Source: an uncultured Gammaproteobacteria bacterium
GTDB lineage: Bacteria > Patescibacteriota > Microgenomatia > UBA8517 > UBA10165
NCBI GenBank assembly: GCA_964472675.1
Contig: CAYYLO010000004.1
Location: 1,602-65,601 of the forward strand
DNA: 64,000 nucleotides
Reading direction: 5' to 3'
Positions 36,852 through 45,812 of this stretch are shown piece by piece. Numbering within the stretch: position 1 is the first letter of the stretch; each line of letters starts with the position of its first letter. Both the position numbers and the translations under genes were made by a program. Under the pieces are notes generated by a model that was not told the origin of the DNA, ran no database searches, and saw only the letters and a program-made list of their open reading frames with translations.

Positions 36852-37559
36852 TTGGAAAAAACTTTAAAAATTGGTTACTATGATATTGCAGTGTTTACAC
36901 GACTTCCCTGGTTTTTGCCTCCTATATTAGTTTTTGCAGCTTTATTCGTACTTTTTAATACTACAACCAATAAATCCGGTTCTATTATTTCCGGTTGTGG
37001 ATTTTCCAACGTTTCTGGCGATTTTGTCTCCAGTCAGACTGCCTACTTTGAGGGCAACAAGGTTTCTGCTCCAAAGCAAGATAACAACATCAAATTAGCC
37101 AAAGTGTTAGGGGCAGAGACAGGAGGGGAAAAATGGATTGAGGTTAATTTAACGGAGCAAAAGTTAATTGCTCATGAGGGCGATAAAGTATTTTTAGAAA
37201 CTAAAATATCTTCAGGCTTTCCCTGGACACCAACTCCGGAGGGAGAATTTACGATCTGGGGTAAGTTCCGCTATACCAAAATGGAGGGTGGATCTGGCAA
37301 ATATTACTATTATTTACCCAACGTTCCTTACGTTATGTTTTTTGAAAATTCTGATGTTGTAGCCAAAAGTGGTTATGGCTTGCATGGAACCTATTGGCAT
37401 AGCGACTTTGGTAAACCGCGTAGCCATGGCTGTGTGAACTTGCCCACATCTATTGCTCAGCAATTGTTTTACTGGACTGGACCGGTTTTACCTTCAGATA
37501 AGGGTACGGTTCGGGCAGGCCCCAATAATCCAGGAACCCGTATTGTCATCCACAAGTGA
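36852..37559 (+). CDS. L,D-transpeptidase (YkuD family)
   Basis: WIEVNLTEQ, PTP.G.F, LHGTYWH, SHGCVN; start uncertain. Confidence 0.9.
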   Translation: MEKTLKIGYYDIAVFTRLPWFLPPILVFAALFVLFNTTTNKSGSIISGCGFSNVSGDFVSSQTAYFEGNKVSAPKQDNNIKLAKVLGAETGGEKWIEVNLTEQKLIAHEGDKVFLETKISSGFPWTPTPEGEFTIWGKFRYTKMEGGSGKYYYYLPNVPYVMFFENSDVVAKSGYGLHGTYWHSDFGKPRSHGCVNLPTSIAQQLFYWTGPVLPSDKGTVRAGPNNPGTRIVIHK

Positions 37560-37640
37560 GAACTTTCTTAAGCGTGATATACTATAGTATAGAGTATAGA
37601 GTAAGGTCGAAGTTGGCCTCTTTAGCAAAACAAACGTTGG

Positions 37641-37674
37641 TTGACAAGTAGCAGTCGCCGTGTTAGACTGCTAG
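37641..37674 (+). promoter_or_regulatory. lon promoter overlapped by a CIRCE-like operator
   Basis: TTGACA, 17 nt, TAGACT; TAGCAGTC-N9-GACTGCTA at 37649-37673. Confidence 0.8.
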
Positions 37675-37695
37675 CCACAATCTTTAAACTGCACT

Positions 37696-40152
37696 ATGGC
37701 TAATGAATTTGACATAAAACAAGCTAAAATCCACACCCTTCCGGTTGTAGCGTTACGTGGTTCTGTTGTTTTTCCTCGTACAGAAAGTATCCTCACCTTC
37801 GGCCGTCCCAAGACAAAAGCTGCTGTTCAGGCAGCATACTCAGGAGACAGATTGTTGGCTATTTTTACTCAAAAAGATGCCAGGATTTCAGATCCTGTAC
37901 CGGATGATTTATACGAAGTAGGAAGTTTGGTCGAAGTTCAACAGATTATGCCGGCTGACGAAGAAATTCATGTACTGGTTATTGGTAAAGCTCGCATTGG
38001 AATTTCAGAAGTCGTGGCGCAAAATCCATTCGCCGTATACAAGGTCCATGTTTTTGAAGAAAACCTGACGACAACAGCAGAAGAAGAAGCCAGAGCACGG
38101 CATTTGGTTGGCTTATTTGAGAAAGCGATTCGTTTGGGAAAGCCTGCCGACGTTCAAACTGTAATGCGACTTTTATCTTCAAAAATTGAAGTGGCAGAGC
38201 TGGTTGACCAAATTGCCTACCTTTTAGACGTCAAAACTCCGCAAAAGCAGGAAATTTTGGAAACTCTCGACCTGTCTACAAGATTGAAAAAAGTTGAAGA
38301 TTTGTTGGGTCGGGAAGTGGGTATCCTGGAACTTGAGCGTACAATTTCTTCTAAAACGCAAAAAAGATTTGAAGAGCAGATGAAGAAAGCGATGCTCAAG
38401 GAGCATCAAAAAACAATTCAACAAGAACTGCGGGGCTTGGGAGAAGATGATGGGGGAGACGAAGAAATTGACGAATTGCGTCGCAAGATAAAAGAAGTTG
38501 GAATGCCGCGCGATGTGCGCAAAAAGGCAGAAAAAGAGCTAAAACGTTTGGTTCAAATGTCTCCTAATCATCCGGAGAGCGGGTATGTCAGGAATTATTT
38601 GGACTGGTTGGTTGAAATGCCCTGGAGTATAAAGTCTTCAAATGACATTTCTTTAAAACAGGCAGGTGCAATTTTGGATAATGACCATTATGCCTTGAAA
38701 AAAACTAAAGAGCGTATTTTAGAATTTTTGGCTGTAATGAAGCTTAAAAGTGAATCGCAAAAAGCTCATGATTCAACTTTGAATACTGAAGAAGAGGCGG
38801 AAACTATGGAAGGTACGCCGACAATACTTTGCTTTATTGGGCCTCCAGGGGTAGGTAAAACTTCAATCGGTCGTTCAATTGCTCATGCTTTGGGCCGGAA
38901 ATTTGTACGTGTTTCGTTGGGAGGAGTGCGCGACGAGGCGGAAATCAGAGGTCACAGGAGAACTTATGTGGGGGCACTGCCTGGAAGAATTATCCAGGGT
39001 ATAAAAAATGCCGGGACAAAAAACCCTGTATTTATGCTGGACGAGATTGACAAACTTGGCAATGACTTTCGGGGAGACCCGTCTTCTGCTCTGTTGGAAG
39101 TCTTGGATCCTGAGCAAAACAGGGAATTCTCAGATCACTATTTGGAAGTACCCTTCGATCTTTCCGAGGTTATGTTTATTTGCACTGGGAATGTTTTGGA
39201 TACTATTCCTCCAGCCTTGAGAGACAGAATGGAGATCATCCGTTTCGTGGGATATACAGAAGACGAAAAGTACAATATTGCCAAAGATTATCTCTGGCCA
39301 AAACAACTTAAAAATCACAGTCTTCCTGAAGATATACAAATTTTTTCTACAGCTTTGCGGGAGATTATAAATAGGTACACGCGCGAAGCAGGCGTTCGGA
39401 ATTTGGAAAGGAATTTAGCGACGATAGCAAGAAAACTTGCCAGAGACATTGCGGAAGGTAAAAAAGGTGTTAAACATGTGGGGAAAGTAGATTTGCACAA
39501 GCTCTTGGGGCCAGCACAGTTTACGTCACTTTTAGCTGAGAAAAAAGATGAAGTCGGAATTTCGACCGGGTTGGCTGTTACTCCCGTAGGGGGAGAAATA
39601 ATTTTTGTGGAGACTGCTCTCATGCCGGGCAAGGGGAAGCTTACTTTAACTGGCCAGCTGGGAGATGTTATGCGCGAATCTGCAATAGCGGCTTTCTCCT
39701 ATGCAAGAAGTCATTCGTCTGATTTGGGCATAAGCGACAAAGTTTCCAAAGTGACTGATGTTCATATTCATGTTCCCGAAGGCGCAGTACCGAAAGACGG
39801 TCCGTCTGCTGGTGTGGCTATGGCAACATCTTTAATTTCAGCTTTAACTGGCACAAAGACCAGGCGAGATGTGGCCATGACTGGAGAGATAACTTTGCGC
39901 GGGAGGGTTATGGAAATTGGTGGGGTTAAAGATAAGGTAATCGCAGCTCATCGAGCCGGGATCAAGACTGTTGTTTTGCCTAAAGATAATCAAAAAGATA
40001 TGGATGACGTACCAGAGAAAGTTAAACGAGATATCAAATTTATTTTCGCTTCGCACCTTGACCAGGTGCTAGAAGTGGCAATCCCCGCTTTTAACCATAA
40101 ACCACATCGTACCCCTTCTGTCCCTATCCCCTCAAGCTACATAGCAGGCTGA
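37696..40152 (+). CDS. lon: ATP-dependent protease Lon
   Basis: GPPGVGKTS, DEAEIRGHRRTY, PKDGPSAG. Confidence 0.97.
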   Translation: MANEFDIKQAKIHTLPVVALRGSVVFPRTESILTFGRPKTKAAVQAAYSGDRLLAIFTQKDARISDPVPDDLYEVGSLVEVQQIMPADEEIHVLVIGKARIGISEVVAQNPFAVYKVHVFEENLTTTAEEEARARHLVGLFEKAIRLGKPADVQTVMRLLSSKIEVAELVDQIAYLLDVKTPQKQEILETLDLSTRLKKVEDLLGREVGILELERTISSKTQKRFEEQMKKAMLKEHQKTIQQELRGLGEDDGGDEEIDELRRKIKEVGMPRDVRKKAEKELKRLVQMSPNHPESGYVRNYLDWLVEMPWSIKSSNDISLKQAGAILDNDHYALKKTKERILEFLAVMKLKSESQKAHDSTLNTEEEAETMEGTPTILCFIGPPGVGKTSIGRSIAHALGRKFVRVSLGGVRDEAEIRGHRRTYVGALPGRIIQGIKNAGTKNPVFMLDEIDKLGNDFRGDPSSALLEVLDPEQNREFSDHYLEVPFDLSEVMFICTGNVLDTIPPALRDRMEIIRFVGYTEDEKYNIAKDYLWPKQLKNHSLPEDIQIFSTALREIINRYTREAGVRNLERNLATIARKLARDIAEGKKGVKHVGKVDLHKLLGPAQFTSLLAEKKDEVGISTGLAVTPVGGEIIFVETALMPGKGKLTLTGQLGDVMRESAIAAFSYARSHSSDLGISDKVSKVTDVHIHVPEGAVPKDGPSAGVAMATSLISALTGTKTRRDVAMTGEITLRGRVMEIGGVKDKVIAAHRAGIKTVVLPKDNQKDMDDVPEKVKRDIKFIFASHLDQVLEVAIPAFNHKPHRTPSVPIPSSYIAG

Positions 40153-40173
40153 TACAACTCGTTTCAAAACTCG
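40152..40173 (+). repeat. 22-bp direct repeat, left border of the giant-gene block
   Basis: ATACAACTCGTTTCAAAACTCG; 21/22 identical to 52457-52478. Confidence 0.8.
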
Positions 40174-40376
40174 GCAGGCACATTTGACTGTGCCGCGATA
40201 AGAAACAAGTATTCTCCTAATTGGCCAACAGTTCTTACAAAAGCCTTATTAATTGTAGTGATGTTATCTCACAAAAGAATTTTATTTTGATATACAGCAA
40301 TCTTTTAAAAAGTAATTTAAAGATTTTTGAAAAATCCTTAAAGCCTTTTAAAAGCTTGCCCTAAAACCAAAAAAAC

Positions 40377-43300
40377 ATGGACAAGCTAAAACGGATATTA
40401 TCCCTAACGACACTTTTGCTGGTGCTTAGTAACAGTATACTTCCATATTACTCTTCAGCAAATGTGGTTTTTGCACAAGAAGTAAATGCAACACCTGCCG
40501 CTACTTCGGAAGTGGACGAACCACTTCAGACTTCTTCTGCGCCCACACCAACACCAGAACCAACACCTTCTGAAATTCTTACACTAACACCAACACCAAC
40601 TCCTACTCCTGAAACTGAACTTACTCCAATGCCGGCTGAACAAGAAACAACTGACAACGCTCTACCTGCACCAACCCCTACACCTACACTTTCTGTTGAA
40701 CAGACTGTTATTTCCACACCAATCCCAGTGCCTGTGCCTGCACCTGCACCTGTGCTATTAGCTTGGAAGAATATTGATTCAGCAACAGTTGAAACTATGG
40801 ATAATGTAGAAGCTAACAAAGATTACACTGCTCCTCAAAATGATAAGGTGAAAGTTAACTTTACCAAACTTCCTGAGATTGCTGGAAAACTAACTATTAA
40901 AGAAATTAAATTGTCTTCTAGCCAGGTGGAACAGTTGAAAGCTGTTTCAGACACAGCTTATGAAATTACTTCCACTATGGCTAACGGAACATTTAACTAT
41001 GACTTAACCCTGCCTTTATCAGAGCAAGCCAAAGGCAAGAAGCTGGAAGTAAAAACAGCGGAATCGCAAGAAAAGCTGGACAAAGCACAAACTGTTAATG
41101 AGCCAAAAGAGGAAAAAGCGGATACAATTGCTATTAAAGATTTAAACCATTTTACAGTCTTTGTTATTACCACCCCAGATCCTGACACTACTCAAAAAGT
41201 CTTGATTAATGAAGTAGTTCCAAATCCTCTGAATGGGGCAGAATGGATTGAGCTTTTTAATAACAGCACTCAAGCTACAAACTTAGGAGTGGGAAGCGGT
41301 TGGACTATCAGAAATTCTACTGGCGATACCAGGTCTTTAAGCTCCTTAGGCACTGTTACTGCTTCCGGCAGAGTAGTTTTTGAGGCTCCTGCCAATTGGT
41401 TAAGCAATACTGCCCCTGAAACTATTACTCTATCAAATGAGTTAGGAACACCGGTTGATACAGTGACCATATCTTTAACCTCCCCGGGTTTTGTCATTGA
41501 TCATTACCCGCTGGCTAACGAATCAGTTGGAAGAAAAACAGACGGAGTTGCAGAATGGGTCATCTTTACTATTCCCACCAGAGGCACAGCTAATGTTTTG
41601 CCTAAAACGACAACTAGCCTCTCCGAAGCAGGTCCAATTGCCCCTGAAGGTGGTCTTATGGCAGGTTTCCCATCCTGGTACAAAGACTCTAATGGTTTGG
41701 CGCTTGATTTAATGGAAGCAGCTGATGGTTTTGGTATCTCTGATCCAGTTGATCCATCTAATCCATTTTCACAAACTATTGGCTTTAATGCTGAAGGATT
41801 TTGGTGGTCAGCTGAGGCTTCTATTGACCGCCCAGTAGGCACACGCACCATACTGGTGTTGGCAGTTGAGGCTGCCTTTGCCGGAGAAGCAGCAGTTGAT
41901 GGGGAACAATCAGTGCAAAACAGGCTCAGATACAGGATTGATGGACTGGTACCTGGTGAAACCTATACCATTACCCACCCTTTTGGCACTGTGAAAGAAG
42001 TTGCTGAAGATGATGGGACAATCAATGTCACTGATGACATTGGATGCTTTGCCGGAGGAGGAGTGACCTGCAATCAAACAGCTTCCCCTAACTTTGCCAC
42101 AGCTTTGAACGGTCAAGTAGGGCCATTCTTAACCTGGACCACCTTTAATACTAACCCAGCTTTAACTGACCCTCAACTTACTAATCCTGCCAACCCAAAC
42201 AGAAGATATGTTGGTAATCCCACTATTGAACATGAGGTAACAGGCAGCCCAACAGGCAATAACTTCTTCAGAGTCCAAGGCAAGGATGTGGGTGGCCCTG
42301 GAGTTAACCAAATCCAAACCAACTTATTTGCAGTTTCAGGAAGGCTGGCAGATACAAATGCTCCTGTGATTACCCTTTTTGGCAGTAATCCTGTAAATGT
42401 CAATCAAAATGCTTCTTATATTGATGCTGGAGCAAGTGCTTTAGATGATCTGGGCGGTAACTTAACCGGCAATATTGAAGTTAGCGGTTTGCCTGTTGAC
42501 ACTTCTACCATTGGTGTAAAAACAGTCACTTATACTGTAACTGACAGCGCAGGCCGTACATCCCAAGCAACCAGAACTGTTAATGTAGTTAATCTGGTAG
42601 CGGTAGGAGAAGCAGATACTGTTGCTCCCTTAATCACTATACTTGGGGCAAATCCTGCTTTTGTCACTGTTGGCACACCATATACTGATGTTGGAGCAAC
42701 AGCTTTAGATAATGTTGACGGAGATATTACCGGAAGTATTATCACCACGGGTTTGCCGGTTATTACATCAACAGTTGGCACATTTACTGTTACTTATAAT
42801 GTGGCGGATAGCGCAGGTAATGCAGCAATTCTAGCAAAAAGGACTGTTAATGTGGTAGCAGATACTACTGCTCCTGTAATTACTATGCTGGGGTCAAATC
42901 CTGTCAATATCTTTACAGGCGCTGCTTACTCAGATGCCGGAGCCACAGCCTTGGATGATGTTGACGGAGATATTACCGGGAGTATTGTTACTACGGGTTT
43001 GCCTGTCGATACGTCAAAAGCAGCTACTTTTACCATTACTTATGAAGTAGTTGATTCAGCTGGCAATCCTGCCATTGCAAAAAGAACAGTTAAGGTAGCA
43101 GAAACTTTGCCCGCCAGCCTCTCCGAAGCAGGTCCAATTGCCCCTGAAGGTGGTCTTATGGCAGGTTTCCCATCCTGGTACAAAGACTCTAATGGTTTGG
43201 CGCTTGATTTAATGGAAGCAGCTGATGGTTTTGGTATCTCTGATCCAGTTGATCCATCTAATCCATTTTCACAAACTATTGGCTTTAATGCTGAAGGATT

Positions 43301-45812
43301 TTGGTGGTCAGCTGAGGCTTCTATTGACCGCCCAGTAGGCACACGCACCATACTGGTGTTGGCAGTTGAGGCTGCCTTTGCCGGAGAAGCAGCAGTTGAT
43401 GGGGAACAATCAGTGCAAAACAGGCTCAGATACAGGATTGATGGACTGGTACCTGGTGAAACCTATACCATTACCCACCCTTTTGGCACTGTGAAAGAAG
43501 TTGCTGAAGATGATGGGACAATCAATGTCACTGATGACATTGGATGCTTTGCCGGAGGAGGAGTGACCTGCAATCAAACAGCTTCCCCTAACTTTGCCAC
43601 AGCTTTGAACGGTCAAGTAGGGCCATTCTTAACCTGGACCACCTTTAATACTAACCCAGCTTTAACTGACCCTCAACTTACTAATCCTGCCAACCCAAAC
43701 AGAAGATATGTTGGTAATCCCACTATTGAACATGAGGTAACAGGCAGCCCAACAGGCAATAACTTCTTCAGAGTCCAAGGCAAGGATGTGGGTGGCCCTG
43801 GAGTTAACCAAATCCAAACCAACTTATTTGCAGTTTCAGGAAGGCTGGCAGATACAAATGCTCCTGTGATTACCCTAAATGGTTCTAACCCGGTTGAAGT
43901 GACCCAAAATGAAGCTTATGCTGACAGCGGCGCAACCGCAATTGATAATTTTGATGGTAATCTGACAGCCAGTATTGTAACGACTGGTTTGCCGGTTAAT
44001 ACCTCTGTAATAGGCGTAAAAACCATTACCTATACTGTTTCTGACAGGGCCGGCAATACTGCTATTGCTCAAAGAACTATTAATGTAGTGGCAGCTACCC
44101 CTCCAACTCCAGAACCTCCAGTTCCTCCTGTCCCAGCAGACGGTGCAGGGCAAGCAGATACAACATCTTTAGATGGGTTTTCCTCAACTACTAAGGGGTC
44201 TTATAAAACAGGAGACTTGATAGATATCACTGCTAATTTTGATAAGACTTTAGATGCAGAAAGCACCATGACAGTTGAACTAAGTAATGGTGTCCAAGTT
44301 ATCTTAAGCCAAGTTTCCGGATCAAAGTTAACAGGTACATATATTGTTGGGACAAATATTTCAGAAAACTCTGATAATTTAACTGTAGCAAAAATAATCT
44401 CCAGTAGTATTCAAGCTTCAGACACATTGCCTTCAATAAACTTAAGCAGCATTGTTGTTAATGTCAAAACTTCTGCAGAAGCTGCTGATAAGTCAGGCCA
44501 GGCTGATGTAAATAGTTTGTTGGAACTGGACAGTGAGACTGTTTTAGACATGGGTAGTAATTTAAGTACAGCCACAATAGAAGGCGCAATCACTATTGCT
44601 GGTTTGTCAAAACTGCTAAGTATATTTTCTAATGGTGATCTGGTGAATCAAAATCTAACCTTACCTCAAATTATTGGTGATAAATTGGTTATGGTAAGTA
44701 AGGCAGTCAGGTTAAACTCCGGCCCTAGTGGTTCATTGATTACCTTATCCAATAAAAACCTGTCAACTGTTAAGTTGTCTATAGTAAGTGGAACAACAGT
44801 ATTAGGAGAAAGTAGCTGGAACGGCAAGGTCAATCCTCCTTCTATTGTTACAAATACTGGTATTGCGCCTAGCGGGTTCAAACTCGGTGATTTTGCAATT
44901 GAGGTAGGTTATCCGGAAGGAATCCTGCTTTTTGACCAATCAGTAACCATCCTTTTATCAGGCGTCAATGGCCCTGTCGGATATAAACCCTCAGGCTCTG
45001 ACACTTGGGTTAAGATGGCAAATTGCTTGGGCACTTTTGACAGTCCGCTTAAGCCAGTTTTCCCTGGGGAATGCGCAATTTCTAATGGGGCAGACACCAA
45101 AATCTATACATATCATTTAACTTCTTTTGCCAATTTACAGGAAATTCCCCCTGTTTCCATCCCAACCCCAACACCAGCTATTGTAGTAGCAAGCTCATCT
45201 AATACAGACACTAACACTAATACAACTTCATCCAATTCTAATCTCTCTAATTCTTCCTCAAACAATACTTCTAACAATCCTTCCACTCCTGTTTGTACTG
45301 ATTCCAAGCCAGGCAGTGCTCCTATCTTGCTTTCTGCCGTCACCAGCGGTCCTAACCAGGTGACCTTAACCTGGTCAAAAGCATCTGATCCTGTTTCCCA
45401 TTATTCCATAGTTTATGGCTTGTCGGCAGGCAATCCTATTTATGGAAATACTAATGTTGGGGGGAAGGATACTACCTCATATGCAGTTGGCGGTTTGTCT
45501 GGCGGAACAACTTATTACTTCAAAGTCAGGGCAGGCAATGGTTGTAATGGCAGTGAATATTCAAATGAACTGTCTGCCGCACCGGACGGAGGAACAATAA
45601 ATAGTCCTGCAACAGGATTTACCCGGGGGTTATTGGGTGCTCAGACTGAAGAAGAAACGAAGACTAGCGAGCCTGGAGTCTTAGGTGTCAATGTAAATGG
45701 GCTTGCTTCAAAGAGCAAAGGAACCTGGGCAATACAGCTAATGTTGGCAGCTTTAGCAGCTTTGGGTGTTGGTTATTTTAAGTTCTTTTACAGGAAAAAA
45801 TTAAATGGGTAG
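40377..45812 (+). CDS. Giant surface protein: signal peptide, P/T linker, lamin-tail domain, duplicated unknown domain, four DUF5011-like Ig repeats, FN3, C-terminal TM anchor
   Basis: VLINEVVPNP..EWIELFN (LTD); DT.APVITL.G.NP repeats; VTLTW...GTTYYFKVRA (FN3); GVLG then TM and basic tail. Confidence 0.85.
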   Translation: MDKLKRILSLTTLLLVLSNSILPYYSSANVVFAQEVNATPAATSEVDEPLQTSSAPTPTPEPTPSEILTLTPTPTPTPETELTPMPAEQETTDNALPAPTPTPTLSVEQTVISTPIPVPVPAPAPVLLAWKNIDSATVETMDNVEANKDYTAPQNDKVKVNFTKLPEIAGKLTIKEIKLSSSQVEQLKAVSDTAYEITSTMANGTFNYDLTLPLSEQAKGKKLEVKTAESQEKLDKAQTVNEPKEEKADTIAIKDLNHFTVFVITTPDPDTTQKVLINEVVPNPLNGAEWIELFNNSTQATNLGVGSGWTIRNSTGDTRSLSSLGTVTASGRVVFEAPANWLSNTAPETITLSNELGTPVDTVTISLTSPGFVIDHYPLANESVGRKTDGVAEWVIFTIPTRGTANVLPKTTTSLSEAGPIAPEGGLMAGFPSWYKDSNGLALDLMEAADGFGISDPVDPSNPFSQTIGFNAEGFWWSAEASIDRPVGTRTILVLAVEAAFAGEAAVDGEQSVQNRLRYRIDGLVPGETYTITHPFGTVKEVAEDDGTINVTDDIGCFAGGGVTCNQTASPNFATALNGQVGPFLTWTTFNTNPALTDPQLTNPANPNRRYVGNPTIEHEVTGSPTGNNFFRVQGKDVGGPGVNQIQTNLFAVSGRLADTNAPVITLFGSNPVNVNQNASYIDAGASALDDLGGNLTGNIEVSGLPVDTSTIGVKTVTYTVTDSAGRTSQATRTVNVVNLVAVGEADTVAPLITILGANPAFVTVGTPYTDVGATALDNVDGDITGSIITTGLPVITSTVGTFTVTYNVADSAGNAAILAKRTVNVVADTTAPVITMLGSNPVNIFTGAAYSDAGATALDDVDGDITGSIVTTGLPVDTSKAATFTITYEVVDSAGNPAIAKRTVKVAETLPASLSEAGPIAPEGGLMAGFPSWYKDSNGLALDLMEAADGFGISDPVDPSNPFSQTIGFNAEGFWWSAEASIDRPVGTRTILVLAVEAAFAGEAAVDGEQSVQNRLRYRIDGLVPGETYTITHPFGTVKEVAEDDGTINVTDDIGCFAGGGVTCNQTASPNFATALNGQVGPFLTWTTFNTNPALTDPQLTNPANPNRRYVGNPTIEHEVTGSPTGNNFFRVQGKDVGGPGVNQIQTNLFAVSGRLADTNAPVITLNGSNPVEVTQNEAYADSGATAIDNFDGNLTASIVTTGLPVNTSVIGVKTITYTVSDRAGNTAIAQRTINVVAATPPTPEPPVPPVPADGAGQADTTSLDGFSSTTKGSYKTGDLIDITANFDKTLDAESTMTVELSNGVQVILSQVSGSKLTGTYIVGTNISENSDNLTVAKIISSSIQASDTLPSINLSSIVVNVKTSAEAADKSGQADVNSLLELDSETVLDMGSNLSTATIEGAITIAGLSKLLSIFSNGDLVNQNLTLPQIIGDKLVMVSKAVRLNSGPSGSLITLSNKNLSTVKLSIVSGTTVLGESSWNGKVNPPSIVTNTGIAPSGFKLGDFAIEVGYPEGILLFDQSVTILLSGVNGPVGYKPSGSDTWVKMANCLGTFDSPLKPVFPGECAISNGADTKIYTYHLTSFANLQEIPPVSIPTPTPAIVVASSSNTDTNTNTTSSNSNLSNSSSNNTSNNPSTPVCTDSKPGSAPILLSAVTSGPNQVTLTWSKASDPVSHYSIVYGLSAGNPIYGNTNVGGKDTTSYAVGGLSGGTTYYFKVRAGNGCNGSEYSNELSAAPDGGTINSPATGFTRGLLGAQTEEETKTSEPGVLGVNVNGLASKSKGTWAIQLMLAALAALGVGYFKFFYRKKLNG
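41616..43876 (+). repeat. 761-bp internal direct repeat (41616-42376 and 43116-43876), offset exactly 1500 bp
   Basis: Line-by-line identical sequence in both copies. Confidence 0.92.

Noticed and set aside
41616-43876. Long repeat as a DGR template/variable pair or a CRISPR array
   Set aside because: No adenine-specific mismatches, no reverse transcriptase, no short repeat-spacer periodicity; no CRISPR array or cas gene seen in the window
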